Origin: the human T2T-CHM13v2.0 reference genome, Homo sapiens
DNA: 64,000 nt
Reading direction: 5' to 3' (one strand)
NCBI RefSeq assembly: GCF_009914755.1
Contig: NC_060927.1
In this document: positions 38,709 through 52,574 of the stretch, piece by piece
Layout: every line of letters starts with the position of its first letter
Position numbering within the stretch: the first letter of the stretch is position 1
The notes under the pieces: generated by a model
Seen by the model: only the letters and a program-made list of their open reading frames with translations
Databases searched by the model: none
Told to the model about the DNA's origin: nothing
Position numbers and translations under genes: made by a program

Positions 38709-39389
38709 TTAATCAAATACAGAGCTATCTTTTAAAAAGACAATATATCATAAATGCAAAAGTTGTTTATTGTTTTTAAAAAATTAATGCAATTTATTGT
38801 GTTAGCCATAGAAAGTAGAAAAATATTTGATTATCTCAATACATAAATAAAAAGTACTTGCAAGAGAGACTTGAGGGAATAAGGCCTGAAGAACTGGGTG
38901 TCTCTGCACAGTATCCATTATAGTCTTTCAGGTGCACTGCAGAGATTCACTTGCTTAGCACAAACTCTAGGAGCATCTGGTCTTGATGCCACAAATTATA
39001 TGGATTCTCTCCTTCGTCTGTTATTCATTCTAGATTCCTTTTACTCTCAACTAGTGTCTCTATATTGATACTAAAGGTTTACCTGCTAGAGTAACCCAGA
39101 GTCTTGTCCTGAAGTAGTCCAAATTCCTGGTCACCATGCTCTGACTGGATTGTGGCAGCTGCATTTAATCTGTTCGCCATCAAATCTGGGAAAGGGATAT
39201 AATCGTGTTTTCAATTAGCTTACCTGGATGACAAATATATTCCTGCCTTATCTTCTTTATAACAGCAGAACTACTTCCTTCACATGAACAGGGTAATTTA
39301 TATTTGCCAGGATAGTGACTCCTTTACTTCTTCCCCCTTGACATGCAGAGGCCAAAGTGTTCAGGCAGTAGGCCTAGTTCTATAGCTGT

Positions 39390-39715
39390 CCCCATAAGAG
39401 GGATCATGTAGTATTTGTCTTTCTGTGACTGACTTATTTCTGTTAGCATAATGTCTTTCATGTCCATCTATGTTGCCATATATGGTAGGATTTCAACTAA
39501 AATAGTCAAAGGTAGAGGACAGAATGATGGTTAGCAAGGGATGGAGAGGGGAAGGTATGAGGAATCATTGTTCAATGACTATAAAGTTACAGTTACCCAA
39601 GAGGAGTGATTTCCCGAGCTCTTCTGTACAACATAGTGCCTATAGTTAACAATAAGGTATTGTGAACTTAAAAATTTGTTAAGATGATAGATTTCATGTT
39701 AAGTGTTCTTACTAT
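39390..39715. mobile_element. L1MA 3' fragments in both orientations
   Basis: Antisense GTATTTGTCTTTCTGTGACTGACTTATTTC, then sense GTACAACATAGTGCCTATAGTTAACAATAAGGTATTGT. Confidence 0.7.
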
Positions 39716-40403
39716 TGTTGGTGCGCCAGTTCAGGTTCTTGACTTTGCAGCACAAAAGAATATGAGAGTGAGTTCAAAGTAGGAGTAGGCCAAGTAATTT
39801 ATCACAAAGCAAAAGTACACTCTGAGAGGCAGAGCAAGTTTCTCAGAGGGAGAGACAGCAGCTAGACCCTTAAGAGGAATTTCTTTTATGGGAGTTGTTT
39901 ATGCATATTCATAAAATACTGCTGAGATTAAAACTGCAAAGGCAAACCGGCAGTTGGTGCATGCACTTAGCAACTACATGCTCTAACATGTATGGTTTGT
40001 ATTATTAGCATATAAAATCTCCATCTCAGGGTGTGTTTTTTACTATTAAAATGAGGAAAAGGTCAGTATAAGCTAAACCTTGAGCCTCCCTGTGCATGTG
40101 AGACACTGGCAATAATTTGTAGCAAATAGCTTCTTAGGCTTTTGGTGCTGATTGGTTGGAAATTGGGGAAGCTACATCAGGAATAAGGGATTTTTGTTCT
40201 CTTTTCTGGGCTGTACTAGGTATAAGGAACTTGTAACCATCGGAAGTCCACTGGTATCCTGTAAGACCACTTAGCTTGCAAAAAAGTTAGGTGCTGATGC
40301 ATGAGTGTGCAAGAGAAAGGAGCCTGCTGTGAAAGGATCCTGTGGGACTTCACACAAAGGGACAAGTCAGTATGACCCCCTAACATTTCTTATCCGACCT
40401 CAT
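39716..40403 (-). mobile_element. ERV1 MER4-group solo LTR (subfamily uncertain)
   Basis: TGTTGGTG..CAGGTTCTTGACTTTGCAGCACAAAAGAATATGAGAGTGAG..AAAGCAAAAGTACACTCTGAGAGGCAGAGC..CTTATCCGACCTCA; TG..CA termini. Confidence 0.75.
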
Positions 40404-40407
40404 TTTG

Positions 40408-40434
40408 CACACACACACACACACACACACACAC
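40408..40434. repeat. (CA)n microsatellite
   Basis: Visible directly in the sequence. Confidence 0.95.
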
Positions 40435-41047
40435 TCAAAATATAATTCTTGCTGTTTCTCTTAGTGACAGTATATCCCCCCTTAAAGAGCCAGGAACTCC
40501 AAATCCATAGAGCCTAGCTTTGTGGGGACTGAAAGCAAAAATTCCCCAAGTAGGTCACTGAGAGTCATGCTAAACAGAGCCACTTTCTTTTCACTCCTTG
40601 ATTTCTGGATTCATGTATTCAGTATAATATAGCACCGTAGAACTGTTGTTGATTTAGAGTTGTATATTACATCCTGGAGGATGGAGGCTTGAGGGTACCA
40701 TTTCATAGCTGACATCTCAATTGCATCTTCAAAAGTCTCTGCCATTGTTCTATTAGGACAGCAACTTATGGGCTGTACTGTATGTGATAGGATTTTAGTC
40801 ATGTGCCCACTGACATATTTCCTTTTCTGATAATTCTGTCTTTTGATCCAATACAATATGTGGAATTTCATGTTCGTAGGTGTTTGGAAGCCTCATTCTA
40901 AAGGACAAGCCTTTTGGGTAGAGAAGGCAAACCCACACTTGGAATATATGCTGATTCTAGTCAGATGAATTACTTTCAGTTCTAGCGTAGAAGAGATACA
41001 AAACACAGACAACTTGTGACCAATGTGTCATGTTGGTCTCTGAGAGT

Positions 41048-41263
41048 AGATGTTGGCAAATTTTTCTGCAAAATGATAGATAATAGATATTTTAAGTTTT
41101 GTGGGCTAAAGTCTCCACCATAACTCAACTTTGCTGTTGTTGCATAAAAGCAGTCATAGAAAACGCATAAACATATGAGAGTGGTTTTGTTCAGATAATA
41201 TTTTACTCACAAAAAAGGCAATAAGTTGGATTTGGATCATGAGCCATAGTGTGTCAGCCCCTG
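41048..41263 (+). mobile_element. MER58A-like hAT element
   Basis: GTTGGCAAATTTTTCTGCAAA..ACTCAACTTTGCTGTTGTTGCATAAAAGCAGTCATAGA..GAGCCATAGTGTGTCAGCCCCTG. Confidence 0.85.
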
Positions 41264-43912
41264 GCTAGGAGAACTGCCCATGTCAAGGAGCTTAAAATTG
41301 GTCTCTATTGTTGGAAAGTTGAACAGTGAGCAGTAGCAGTAGCTAGATCAGTACTGATGAGTGACTTTGCTTTCAGGGCCATGCCTAGCTTCCAGCCCTG
41401 CAATGGCTATTTTATGTATGTGTTTATATTGCCAGCATGTGGGTTACCAATTACAGAAACTGGTGACTTTATGAATCATTCTGTTTAGTTAATTTAGTAC
41501 TAAATTAACTGGTGAACAGTTTCTAAGGTGGTCCTCTGAAACTGCATATAGAGTTTATCTCCCAGCCTCCCTGGAATACATATATCTTACTAAGGCCTCC
41601 AATGCACTGGCCACCTCTTGCTCATTTGTTCTTATCAGCTTGAGTCCATCAATACAGTCAACCATTGTGATATTATCTGGATTTCCAGACCTCTCAGGTT
41701 TCTTTGAACTTAAATTATACTATAAGGAAGAGCAGACAAGTTTGTGTAGCCTTGGAACAAGACTGGAACTGTTAACTATTATCTCGTCGAAGAGAATCTT
41801 GGCTAAACATGGCCAAAGCATGGGTGGAGGAGCCAGTTTCAGAGGCTTTTACTTGTTCCTTACAAATGAAGTTGCCTTTAACCCACAATCCAAGGTATTG
41901 CTATGCCAGTCACCCATGTCTATCCCAATGATGTACTGAGGAAGCGGTGAATAGCCATCATAGAGTCTATGTTCCCAGTAGATGACTCACTCTGAACTGG
42001 CACTATACCAGGACTCGGTTTACTACCTGCCGTTTATATGCCTCCACTCTTAATATTAGTACAGTGGTGATCCTTTTAATCCTGTATATCAATGTCTATT
42101 CAATCCTTGTGTGTCCTCCAAATATCTGGTTATTCCCCAAACACCAGCAATGCTTCACAAAGAAAATACAGCTATACATTCATTTAGGAAAGCATTGAAA
42201 GAATTGAGAGACTTTATATTTTAAACACGTGTTGTAGTGCTGTAGGACACTTTCTCCTAAGGATTCATGTTTCCCTTAGTAAGTTCCATGTTTGAAAACA
42301 GCTCAGATTTAGAACCTGGGCAAAGGATTATTATGCCTTTCTGTGAGGCCAACTGCCATCAGCCTCCTGAATATACATTCTTGATTTCTTTGGCTTAAAT
42401 ATTTTAAGCAATGCTTTTGTTGGTTGGTCTTCTATCTTGCTCCTGGGAATGCAATGTTTCATTAAGCATCATTTTAGTTCTCTTCAAATCAAACCCTCCA
42501 TGCTCCCACTAAAAAAATTCGACTTGCTATGAAATTGTACTCACCTTGCTTCTAATAGTTAAGAAACACCACTCAGACTTTAGAATTTTAGGTTTCTAGC
42601 ATCCTCATTGCTAGCAGAAAACTCAAATAAGTCACTATATCTCCTGCCATCAACCCTAGCCTAAACAGGACAGCCACCAATGAATACCTCATTGGCGCTG
42701 GCATCCTTTCCAGTAGGCCATTATTGCAATTATAAATAGAATCCTCTCCAAACTTTTTGTTGCAATATGATTATCTAGTGAGTATCCTGGCCTTATTCAT
42801 TATATTCATTCTTTAGCATGCCTAAATTTCTGGGCCTTTTGATCCCTTCTTATATCATCTTTGATGAGAGTTCTGGCTTTTCTACTTCACTTTTTAGGTG
42901 CTTCCATTTTCCCCACTTTCTAAGAGCCTTTCTAGCAGCATATTAGCATTTTTTTCTGAGATCTCTTGCTAGGATGTTAATGTTATCAGGGAAATATTAT
43001 CATAATAATAATGTCTATTATCCAAATTTATGTTCTGCTCCCTTTGACTCAGCATCTTCTGTCTCCTACATACTCTCTCAGCCCCTCCTAATACCTATTG
43101 GCCAGTCAAGCATTTATAGCCCCTATCATCCATTTGCTACACAAGACTTCCCTGGATTGGTTATGGAGTGACTTAACTCTGGTTATTGGTTTAGTGGCCA
43201 TAACGGAACTTGGGGATGATTGTGGTGGGGTGGGTTCTTTTCATACAGGGCAGAGTCCTGTGCAGCATATTAAAGAAAAAAGATCAGTTTCTTAGCTGCT
43301 AAGAGTGGGGATTGAAGCACCACTTCTAAAACTTGAGAGATTTTAGGGAATCTGAGAGTTTTATGTACCAACCCAGATGTTTCCTTTTAGAGATTTCAGT
43401 TGCATTCCTTCCCAGTCAGAGTCCTGACTTCAGCACAGCAGACCTGCTTAGTTGAAAATGCAACATTCTTTGAAGTTCTGTTACTGGACCTGATTTTCAG
43501 CTTTCTCTGCCCTCTAGCTGCAGGAAACTAGATATCTTCACTTGCTGCCAAGGAAGCTTTCTGGCTTTCACATCTAGCCTTTAATTACTGATTAATTATC
43601 CTCAACCTTTTATTATCTTTTGCCACAAAGTTCCCCAAGCAAAATTCATCCCATTCAAAAGTCATCAATCTAATTCTTTATATTACAAATGACTGATAAT
43701 ATTGTGCCTATTAGTATATTTTCTTCCACAGTTTATTCTATCCCAGTTCTCCTTGAGTGAACACTTTAACAATTGTGCTGCTATCTTAAGCTGGGCTGTC
43801 TCTGTTCCACTACCACCAGTGAGGTGCTCTGCCATCTGGCCAACTTATGATCCAGCTCTAAAATATTAGCATGAGGCCCACTTTCTTTGCCAATAACCAT
43901 TATCAACTATTA

Positions 43913-44270
43913 TATGTTGTTTACCTGGAAAGCAGACATTGAGGTGGAAATTGGCATGTGGAAATGTATTGGGGAATGCATATCAGTGAGGGAAGGAAGG
44001 AGTCAGAATTAGACTAAAGGAAAACTTAGCTTCAATGAAGTCAGAACAAGGCCTTGTGAAACTGGAATTACTTTTCTGATTTATCTTTAGTTGGGGAAAA
44101 GGATAGGGAAAATACAACTCCAAATAGGCCAGTCACTGGTTTTAGGCTGACCCTAGAAAGAATGTGTGATCTTGTCAGCCATATCTGGAAAGAGCTGCCA
44201 GCTGAGAGCTCTTAATCAGCAACACTCTCAGAAGTTGAAGCGAGGGTTTTGCTAGTTGAGTGCACTGTGC
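43913..44270 (-). mobile_element. ERVL LTR (LTR16-like), likely the 5' LTR of the adjacent internal region
   Basis: CCTGGAAAGCAGACATTGAGGTGGAAATTGGCATGTGGAAATGTATTGGGGAATGC..CAGTCACTGGTTTTAGGCTGACCC. Confidence 0.65.
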
Positions 44271-44299
44271 ATTACCTTAAGGTTACCACTATTTTGTTT

Positions 44300-44384
44300 C
44301 ATGTTACATGAATTCTCAGCAGTGTTTGATAGTCATGATGTGTATGAAATGACATGATTTGTTTTTTATTCATCTTCTGGTTAC

Positions 44385-44419
<35 letters not shown>

Positions 44420-45540
44420 TATAATGTCTTCTTTTCTTGCTCTAAACTTGCTTTTTAGATTATCTCATCTATTCCCTGACTTAAATATCAGCTATATAAA
44501 TCAGGACTCCATAATTCATGTCTCTAGTCCACATCTTTCCTCTGAGTTCTAGGGTCCTATATACATTTGCTTGTTGGACAATTCTGCTTCATTGTCTAAA
44601 AGGTAATTCAAAATTAAATCTCAAAAGTAAAAGAACAAATTTTGACCTTATTCATTATCCCAGTCTAAATCTGTTTGTCTACCAGTTTCCTAATTGTCAG
44701 CAAATGTAATTACTATCTAGCCTGGTGATCATATCAGAAATCTTGAGGTTATTATTTATACCTCCTATGAGCCTCACCCTGAATCCAATCCATAATCAAG
44801 GACTATCAGTTTTCTCTACTGCCTTAACCTTATTTTAAGCTACCATATTTCTATTCTAGACAAAGTCACTAGTCTCCTTACTGATTTCTTGATTCTATTC
44901 TTGTCTCCTCATCACTTTCATCATTCAGTATTGAGAATAAACCTCTCAAAGCATAAATCAGGTCATTTCACTGCCACCATTTAAATAATTTTTTGTAATA
45001 TTATTTATAAATTAACATCTCCTTATTATAGCCTACAAAACCCATCTTGCTTGTGGCTTCTCATTATCTTGGCTTCCCCAATCTATATTTCCATTTCACC
45101 TCCCTATTCTCATGTCCTCAAATACAGCAAGTTATTTCACATATCAGGGTCTTTCATATGACTTTTTGTTTTTCTGCATCAAACTTTCTTGAATTCTTCG
45201 TATGACTGACACCTGCCTCCTTTTCTTCAGACTTTAGCTTGTCACATTCTCAGAGAGGTCTTCCCTGCCCACTGTTTCTGAGTATAGCCCCCACACTTGA
45301 AGCTTGTTATTCTCTATGCCTGCACTGTGATCATTTACATAACTTATTGCCATTTCCCATCCTATATTTTTTAGTTGCTTGTGGTCTCTCTATTCTAACA
45401 GACTTGGAGCTTCATGCAAACTTAGACTTCATCTACTTTATTGTGTTTGTTGTTCATTTATGTGAATATTTGCCTGAAATACAGTGGGCTTTTATTATAT
45501 ATTTTATGAATATACATAAATATCAATTTAGTGAATACAA
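44300..45540 (+). mobile_element. L2 fragment with embedded poly-T
   Basis: TCTCTAGTCCACATCTTTCCTCTGAG, CAGAAATCTTGAGGTTATTATT, CTCAGAGAGGTCTTCCCTGCCCAC, 3' TGCCTGAAATACAGTGGGCTTT. Confidence 0.75.
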
Positions 45541-46642
45541 ATTGGTTTTTACAGATGAATCACAGGAAGCTAATGCTGCCGTGGGTACTTCTACATTGTA
45601 GATACCTAATATATCCTGAAAACAAGGACATTTACTTTTTCAAATAAATCATTTTTTGCTACATGAATGGGAAGCTTCCAGTGAAAATTTCTAGTCTTAT
45701 TGTGAGTACAAGGCTGGAGTGAAGCCACCCAAAATAGTATCAAAGTTTAATTAAATTAACACATCAGATATAACACATTTAATCATTCTAACGATTGAAA
45801 CCATTTTACCCTTATTTGACAGCAAAACTACTTATAGACCAACTGCAAGGGATTTTAAGATATTTAGGATTTAAAAAAAAAAGAAAATTACGAATACCTC
45901 TGCAATCAAAGGAGAAGTAAGTGAATTTATCACTTACTTGATGCTTTACAGTTTTTTATAGTTTTCTGAAATTTGAATATTTTATAATGAAATACATATT
46001 ATTTTGAATATAAAATTATTCTATTATTAATTATTCTATTATATTTTTACACCTCATTTTTTACTGAGGCCATATATTATCTTGACTGCCTTTGATTTGT
46101 TTCTACTTCTTTGCAGCCACTTTCTGCATCCTTATACTCACGGGCGGCAATATCATGAAACTACTTTTAAATGCCATGATCTTAAAAAAATTCATTTGTT
46201 ATTTTATACATTCAACATTGGGTATATTTCATTTATTCTGTTCATAGGAATGAGAATGTCTTAATCCGAGATCATATTTAATATTTCTATAGAGAGATCT
46301 CATGCATGATCTTTCCTGTACCCCTAGATTAACTACCAATTCCTACCATTCATAGGTTTGAGCTATTTAAATATTTAACAATCACTTTGTTTTGCTCCTT
46401 TACACAACCAATTCTTTTTTTTTCATTATTACACTTTAAGTTCTAGGGTACATTTGCACAACCTGCAGGTTTGTTACATAGGTATACATGTGCCATGTTG
46501 GTGTGCTGCACCCATCAACTCATCATTTACATCAGGTATTTCTACTAATGCTATCCCTCCGTCAGCCCCCTACCCCTCAACAGGCCCCAGTGTGTGATGT
46601 TCCCCTCCCTGTGTCCATGTGTTCTCATTGTACAATTCCCAC

Positions 46643-49600
46643 TTATGAGTGAGAACATGTGGTGTTTGTTTCCTGTCCTTGTGATGTTTTGCTGAGAATG
46701 ATGGTTTCCAGCTTCATCCATGTCCCTGCAAAGGACATGAACTCATCCTTTTTTACGGTTGCATAGTATTTTATAGTGTGTATGTGACGAATTTTATTTA
46801 TCCAGTCTATTAGTGATGGACATTTGGGTTGGTTCCAAGTCTTTGCTATTGTGAATAGTGCTGCAATGAACATACGTGTGCATATGTCTTTATGGTAGCA
46901 TGATTTATAATCCTTTGGGTATATACCCAGTAATGGGATTGCTGGGTCAAATGGTATTTCTAGTTCGAGATCCTTGAGGAATCACCACACTATCTTCCAC
47001 AATGGTTGAAATAATTGACTCTCCCACCAACGGTATAAAAGCATTCCTCTTTCTCCACAACCTCTCCAGAATCTGTTGTTTCCTGACTTTTTAATGATTA
47101 CCATTCTAACTGGTGTGAGATGGTATCTAACTGTGGTTTTGATGTGCATTTCTCTGATGACCAGTGATGGTGAGCATTTATTCATATTTCTGTTGGCTGC
47201 ATAAATGTCTTCTATTGAGAAGTGTCTGTTCATATCCTTTGCCCACTTTTTGATGGGGTTGTTTTTTACTTGTAAATTTGTTTAAGTTCTTAGTAGATTC
47301 TGGATATTAGCCCTTTGTCAGATGGATACATTGCAAAAATTTTCTCCCATACTGAAGGTTGCCTGTTCACTCCGATGATAGTTTCTTTTGCTGTGCAGAA
47401 GCTCCTTAGTTTAATTAGATCCCATTTGTCTATGTTGGCTTTTGTTGCCATTGCTTTTGGTGTTTTAGTCATGAAGTCTTTGCCCATGCCTATGTCCTGA
47501 ATGGTATTGCCTAGGTTTTCTTCCAGAGTTTTCATGGTTTTAGGTCTTACATTTAAATCTTTAATCCACCTTGAGTTAATTTTTGTATGAGGTGTAAGGA
47601 AAGGATCCAGTTTCAGCTTTCTACATATGGCTAGCAAATTTTCCCAGTACCATTTACTAAATAGGGAATCCTTTCCCCATGCTTTTTTTGTCAGGTTTGT
47701 CAAAGTTCAGATGGTTGTAGATGAGTGGTGTTATATCTGAGGCCTCCATTATGTTCCATTGGTCTATATCTCTGTTTTGGTACCAGTACCATGCTGTTTT
47801 GGTTACTGTAGCTTTGTAGTATAGTTTGAAGTCAGGTAGCGTGATGCCTCCAGCTTTGTTCTTTTTGCTTAGGATTGTCTTGGCTATGCGTTCTCTTTTT
47901 TGGTTCTGTATAAAATTTTAAGTAGTTTTTTTCCAATTCTGTGAAAAAGTCAATGGTAGTTTGATGGGGATAGCACTGAACCTATAAATTACCTTGGGCA
48001 GTATGGCCATTTTCATGGTATTGATTCTTCCTATTCATGAGCATGTAATGTTTTAACATTTGTTTGTGTCCTCTTTTATTTCATTAAGCAGTGGTTTGTA
48101 GTTCTCCTTGAAGAGGTCCTTCACATCCCTTGTAAGTTGGATTCCTAGGTATTTTATTCTCTTTGTAGTAATTGTGAATGGGAGTTCACTCATGATTTGG
48201 CCTCTGTTGGTCTGTTCTTGGTGTATAGGAATACTTGTAATTTTTGCAGATTGATTTTGTATCCTAGGACTTTGCTGAAGTTGCTTATCAGCTTAAGGAG
48301 ATTTAGGGCTGAAACGATGGGGTTTTCTAAATATACAATCATGTCATCTGCAAACAGAGATGATTTGACTCCCTCTTTTCCTAATTGAATACCCTTTCTT
48401 TCTTTCTCCTGCCTGATTGCCCTGGCCAGAAAGTCCAATACTATGTTGAATAGGAGTGGTGAGAGACGGCATCCTTGTCTTGTGCTGGTTTTCAAAGGGA
48501 ATGCTTCCAGTTGTCGCTCATTCAGTATGATATTTGCTGTGGGATTGTCATAAACAGCTCTTATTATTTTTAGATATGTTCCATCAATACCTAGTTTATT
48601 GAGAGTTTTTAGCATGTAAGGCTGTTGAATTTTGTCAAAGGCCTTTTCCACATCTATTGAGATAATCATGTGGTTTTTGTCATTGGTTCTGTTTATGTGA
48701 TGGATTACGTTTATTGATTTTTGTATGTTGAACCAGCCTTGCGTCCCAGGGGTGAAGCCCACTTGATCGTGGTGGATAAGCTTTTTTGGGTGCTGCTGGA
48801 TTCCGTTTTCCAGTATTTTATTGAGGATTTTTGCATTGATGTTCATCAGGGTTATTGGCCTAAAATTCTCTTTTTTTTTGTTGTATCTCTGCCAGGCTTT
48901 GGTATAAGGATGATGCTGGCCTCATAAAATGAGATAGGGAGGATTTCCTCTTTTTCTATTGATTGGAATAGTTTCAGAAGGAATGGCACCAGCTCCTCTT
49001 TGTAGCTCTGGTAGAATTCAGCTGTGAATCCATCTGGTCCTGGACTTTTTTTGGTTGGTAGGCTATTAATTATTGCCTCAATTTCAGAACTTCTTATTGG
49101 TCTATTCAGAGATTCAACTTCTTCCTGGTTTGGTCTTGGGAGGGTGTATGTGTCCAGGAACTTATCTATTTCTTCTAAATTTTCTAGGTTATTTGTGTAG
49201 AGGTGTTTGTAGTGTTCTCTGATGGTAGTTTGTATTTCTGTCGGATTGGTGATTATATCCCCTTTATCATTTTTTATTGCATCTATTTGATTCTTCTCTC
49301 TTTTCTGCTTTATTAGTCTTGATATCAGTCTATCTACTTCATTGATCATTTCAAAAAATAGCCCCTGGATTCACTGATTTTTGAAGGGTTTTTTGTGTTT
49401 CTATTTCCTTCAGTTCTGCTCTGATCCTAGTTATCTCTTATCTTCTGCTAGCTTTTGAATTTGTTTGCTCTTGCTTCTCTAGTTCTTTTAATTGTGATGT
49501 TAGGGTGTCAATTTTCGATCTTTCCTGCTTTCTCCTTTGGGCATTTAGTGCTATAAATTTCCTTCTACACACTTTTTTATCTGTGTCCTAGAGGTTCTGG

Positions 49601-50432
49601 TACAGTGTGTCTTTGTTCTCATTGGTTTTGAAGAAGATCTTTATTTCTGCCTTCTTTTTGTTATTTACCCAGTAGTCATTCAGGAGCAGATTGTTAGGTT
49701 TCCATGTAGTTGTGTGGTTTTGAGTGAGTTTCTAAATCTCGAGATCTAAATTGATTGCATTGTGGTCTGAGAGACAGTTTATTGTGATTTCTGTTATTTT
49801 ATATTTGCTGAGGAGTGTTTTACTTCCAATTATGTGGTCAATTTTAGAATAACTGTGACGTGGTGCTAAGAAGAATGTATATTCTGTTGATTTGGTGTGG
49901 AGAGTTCTGCTTGGTGCAGAGCTGAGTTCAAGACCTGGGTATCTTTGTTAAACTTCTGTCTCATTGATTTGTCTAATATTGGCAGTGGGGTGTTAAAATC
50001 TCTCATTATTATTGTGTGGGAGTCTAAGTCTCTTTGTAGGTCTCTAAGAACTTGCTTTATGAATCTGGGTATTCCTGTATTGGGTGCATATATATTTAAG
50101 ATAGTTAGCTCTTCTTGTTGAATTGATCCCTTTACCATTATGTAATGGCTTTCTTTGTCTCTTTTGATCTTTGTTGGTTTAAAGTCTGTTTTATCAGAGA
50201 CAAGGATTGCAACCCCTGCTTTTTTTTTGTTTCCATTTGCTTGGTAGATCTTTCTCCATCCCTTTACTTAGAGCCTATGTGTGTCTTTGCACATAAGATG
50301 TGTCTCCTGAATACAGCATACCAATGGGTCTTGACTCTTTATCCAATTTGCCAGTCTGTGTTTTTTAATTGAGGCATTAAGCCCATTTCCATTTAAGGTT
50401 AATGTTGTTATGTGTGAAATTTTTCCTGTCAT
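46643..50432 (-). pseudogene. L1 ORF2p (EN/RT), fragmented
   Basis: ATGACAGGA at 50432; fragments [70 protein letters not shown]; several stops and frameshifts. Confidence 0.93.
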
Positions 50433-50495
50433 TATGATGCTAACTGGTTATTTCGCCCATTAATTTATGCAGTTTCTTCATAGTGTTGATGGTCT

Positions 50496-51521
50496 TTACA
50501 CTTTGGCATGTTTTTGCAGTGGCTGGTACCATTTGTTCCTTTCCATGTTTAGTGCTTCCTTCAGGAGCTCTTGTAAGGCAGGCCTGGTGGTGACAAAATC
50601 TCTCAGCATTTGCTTGTCTGTAAAGGATTTTATTTCTCCTTCACTGATGAAGCTTAGTTTGGCTGGATATGAAATTCTGGGTTGAAAATTCTTTTCTTTA
50701 ATAATGTTGAATATTTGTCCCTGCTCTCTTCTGGCTTGTAAGGTTTCTGCAGAGAGATCTGCTGTTAGTCTGATGGATTTCCCTTTGTGGGTAACCCGAC
50801 CTTTCTCTCTGGCTATCCTTAAAATTTTTTCCTTCATTTCAATCTTGGTGAATCTGACAATTTTGTGTCTTGGGGTTGCTCTTCTGGAGGAGTATCTCTG
50901 TGGTGTTCTCTATATTTCCTGAATTCGAATATTGGCCTACCTTGCTAGGTTGGGGAAGCTCCCCTGGATAATATCCTGAAGGGTGTTTTCTAACTTGGTT
51001 CCATGCTCCTCATCACTTTCTGGTACACCAATCAAATATAGATTTGGTATTTTCACAAAGTGCCATATTTCTTTGAGGCTTTGTTCATTTCTTCTTACTC
51101 TTTTTTTCTTTAATCTTGTCTTCTCACTTTATTTCATTAATTTGATCTTCAATCACTGATATCCTTTCTTCTGCTTGATCAAATCGGCTATTGAAGCTTA
51201 TGTACGCTTCATAAAGTACTCATACTGTGGTATTCAGCCCCATCAGGACAATTAATCTCTTCTTTACACTGGTTATTCTAGTTAGCCATTCATCTAACCT
51301 TTTTTCAAGGTTTTTAGCTTCCTTGCCATGGGTTAGGATATGATCCTTTAGCTTGGAAAGTTTGTTATTACTGACATTCTGAAGGCTACTCCTGTCAACT
51401 TGTCAAATTCATTCTCTGTCCAGTTTTGTTCCCTTGCTGGTGAGGAGTTGTGTTCATTTGGGGGAGAAGAGGTGTTCTGGTTTTTGGAATTTTCAGGCTA
51501 TCTGCTCTGGTTTTTCCCTAT
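50496..51521 (-). pseudogene. L1 ORF1p, disrupted; start codon mutated to ATA
   Basis: MKEKILRIAREKGRVTHKGKSIRLTADLSAETLQARRE..ERNKWYQPLQKHAK; minus strand AAAG-ATA-GGGAAAAAC where ATG is expected. Confidence 0.9.
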
Positions 51522-52574
51522 CTTTGTGGTTTTGTCTACCTTTGGTCTTTGATATTGGTGACATATGGAGGGGTTTTGGTGTGGATGTCCCTTTTGTTGA
51601 TGCTGTTCCTTTCTGTTTGTTAGTTTTCCTTCTAACAGACAGGCCCCTCAGCTACAGGTCTGTTGGAGTTTGCTGGAGGTCCACTCCAGACCCTGTTTGC
51701 CTGCATATCACCAGCGGAGGCTGCAGAACAGCAAATATTGCTGCGGGAACCTTCCTCTGGAATATTCATCCCAGAGGGGCACCCGCCTGTATGAGGTGTC
51801 TGTCGGCCCCTACTGGAAGGTGTCTCCCAGTCAGGCCACACAGGAGTCAGGGACCCACTTGAGAAGGCAGTCTGTCCATTATCAGAGCTCGAACACTGTG
51901 CTGGGAGAACTACTGCTCTCTTCAGGGCTGTCAGGCAGGGACGTTTAAGTCTGCACAAGCTGTCTGCTGCCTTTTGTTCAGATATGTTCTGCCCTCAGAG
52001 GTGGAATCTAGAGAGGCAGTAGGCCTTGCTGAGTGTGATGCGCTCCACCCAGTTCAAGTTTTCCTGCCACTTTGTTTACCCTGTGAGCATAGAACCGCCT
52101 ACTCAAGCCTCAGCAATGGCGGATGCCCCTCCCCCCACCAAGCTTTAGCATCCCAGGTCAATCTCAGACTGCTAAGCTAGCAGCGAGCAAGGCTCCGTGG
52201 GTGTGGGACCTGCTGAGCCAGGCACAGGAGGGAGTCTCCTGATCTGCTGGTTGTGAAGATGGTGGGAAAATCGCAGTATTTGGGCAGAAGTCTACCATTC
52301 CTCCAGGTGCAGTCACTTACAGCTTCCCTTGGCTAGGAAAGGGAAATCCCCCAACCCCCTGTGCTTCCCAGTTGAGGCAATGCCCCACCCTGCCTCAGCT
52401 CACCTTCCATGTGCTGCATCCACTGTCCAACCAGTCCCAATGAGATGAACCAGGTACCTCAGTTGGAAATGCAGAAATCACCCATCTTCTGTATCAGTCT
52501 CGCTGGGAGCTATAGACCAGAGCTGTTCCTATTCAGTCATCTTGGAAGCGACCCTACACAACCAATTCTTATGG

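Larger units (their letters stand above)
35160..38860 (+). mobile_element. Ancient L1M ORF1/ORF2 remnant interrupted by three Alus
   Basis: CAGATTCAAGAAACTCAATGAATCTC, GTGGCTATATTAATATCAGGCAAAACAG, AGACCCAGATGATTTTGCTGGTGAATTTCATC. Confidence 0.75.
38862..43900 (-). mobile_element. Ancient ERVL internal region (HERV16/ERVL-like gag-pol remnant) with nested elements
   Basis: Antisense ERVL pol-like stretches (CAATACAGTCAACCATTGTGATATT, CTATAAGGAAGAGCAGACAAG, GTCTATCCCAATGATGTACTGAGG) running up to an LTR at ~43913. Confidence 0.7.
46417..52554 (-). mobile_element. Full-length L1PA (about PA5-PA7), 6.1 kb, inactive
   Basis: 5' UTR start (minus) GGGTCGCTTCCAAGATGACTGAATAGGAACAGCTC, ORF1, ORF2, 3' UTR, poly-A; perfect 16-bp TSD TACACAACCAATTCTT at 46401-46416 and 52555-52570. 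Confidence 0.97.

Noticed and set aside
48190-49349. 218-aa and 165-aa RT-like ORFs as an active reverse transcriptase
   Set aside because: Fragments of a disrupted L1 ORF2.
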